Shown: positions 14,680-14,941 of the stretch, piece after piece | Layout of the letters: every line of letters starts with the position of its first letter | Position numbering within the stretch: position 1 is the stretch's first letter | Source of the DNA: a virus | Taxonomy: Duplodnaviria; Heunggongvirae; Uroviricota; Caudoviricetes | Length of the DNA: 14,941 bases | IMG/VR virus record: IMGVR_UViG_2545824709_000009 | Strand: one strand, 5' to 3' | Position numbers and translations under genes: made by a program | Notes under the pieces: model-generated | Databases searched by the model: none | Told to the model about the DNA's origin: nothing | What the model saw: only the letters and a program-made list of their open reading frames with translations

Positions 14680-14941
14680 ACTTCCTGAGAAAGAGGTAAA
14701 CAGGATGACTAAAAATACTCGTTTTTCCCCCGAAGTCCGTCAACGGGCAGTCCGTATGGTTCTGGAAAGTCAGAGCGAATATGACTCACAATGGGCGACA
14801 ATTTGTTCCATTGCTCCAAAGATTGGCTGTACGCCGGAGACTCTGCGTGTCTGGGTTCGCCAGCATGAGCGGGATACCGGGGGCGGTGATGGAGGGCTCA
14901 CCACCGCTGAACGTCAGCGTCTGAAAGAGCTGGAACGTGAA
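14651..14941 (+). mobile_element. IS3-family insertion sequence, IS629-like, left end (runs off the window)
   Basis: Left terminal repeat TGAACCGCCCCGGGAATCCTGGAGACTAAACTTCC followed by an orfA beginning [23 protein letters not shown], recognised from memory as IS629/IS1203-type. Confidence 0.8.
14705..14941 (+). CDS. IS629-like transposase OrfA (HTH subunit), partial at window end
   Basis: [82 protein letters not shown]..., no stop within the window. Confidence 0.85.
   Translation, partial: MTKNTRFSPEVRQRAVRMVLESQSEYDSQWATICSIAPKIGCTPETLRVWVRQHERDTGGGDGGLTTAERQRLKELERE

Overview
This window is the left arm of a mosaic lambdoid prophage integrated at the E. coli lambda attachment site beside ybhC, and its most interesting content is three AT-rich accessory insertions. 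Reading left to right: ybhC (minus strand), the attL junction with the exact lambda core GCTTTTTTATACTAA (1331-1345), then int and xis. The ea8.5/ea22 position holds an AT-rich cassette with one divergently oriented membrane-protein gene (3135-3737). Lambda-like early-left genes follow: a TraR-like zinc-finger gene (orf73), orf61/63/60a-like ORFs, exo, bet and gam. The immunity region is not lambda-type: a short Kil-position ORF, pL/OL, a LexA-like (S24) cI repressor, OR/pR, a cro-like gene and a 179-aa CII-position protein that I think is YdaT-like. I found no N, cIII or rex genes. Replication genes O (with in-gene iterons), P and ren follow. After ren the lambda nin region is replaced by low-GC cargo resembling the DLP12 cryptic prophage: emrE and the large serine recombinase ybcK. 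Beyond that lie a 107-aa ORF and an HNH-like nuclease gene whose 3' end is cut by an IS629-like IS3-family element running off the window. All family assignments are from reading the translations and from memory; no database search was run. Hand-derived coordinates for small sites may be off by a few bp.
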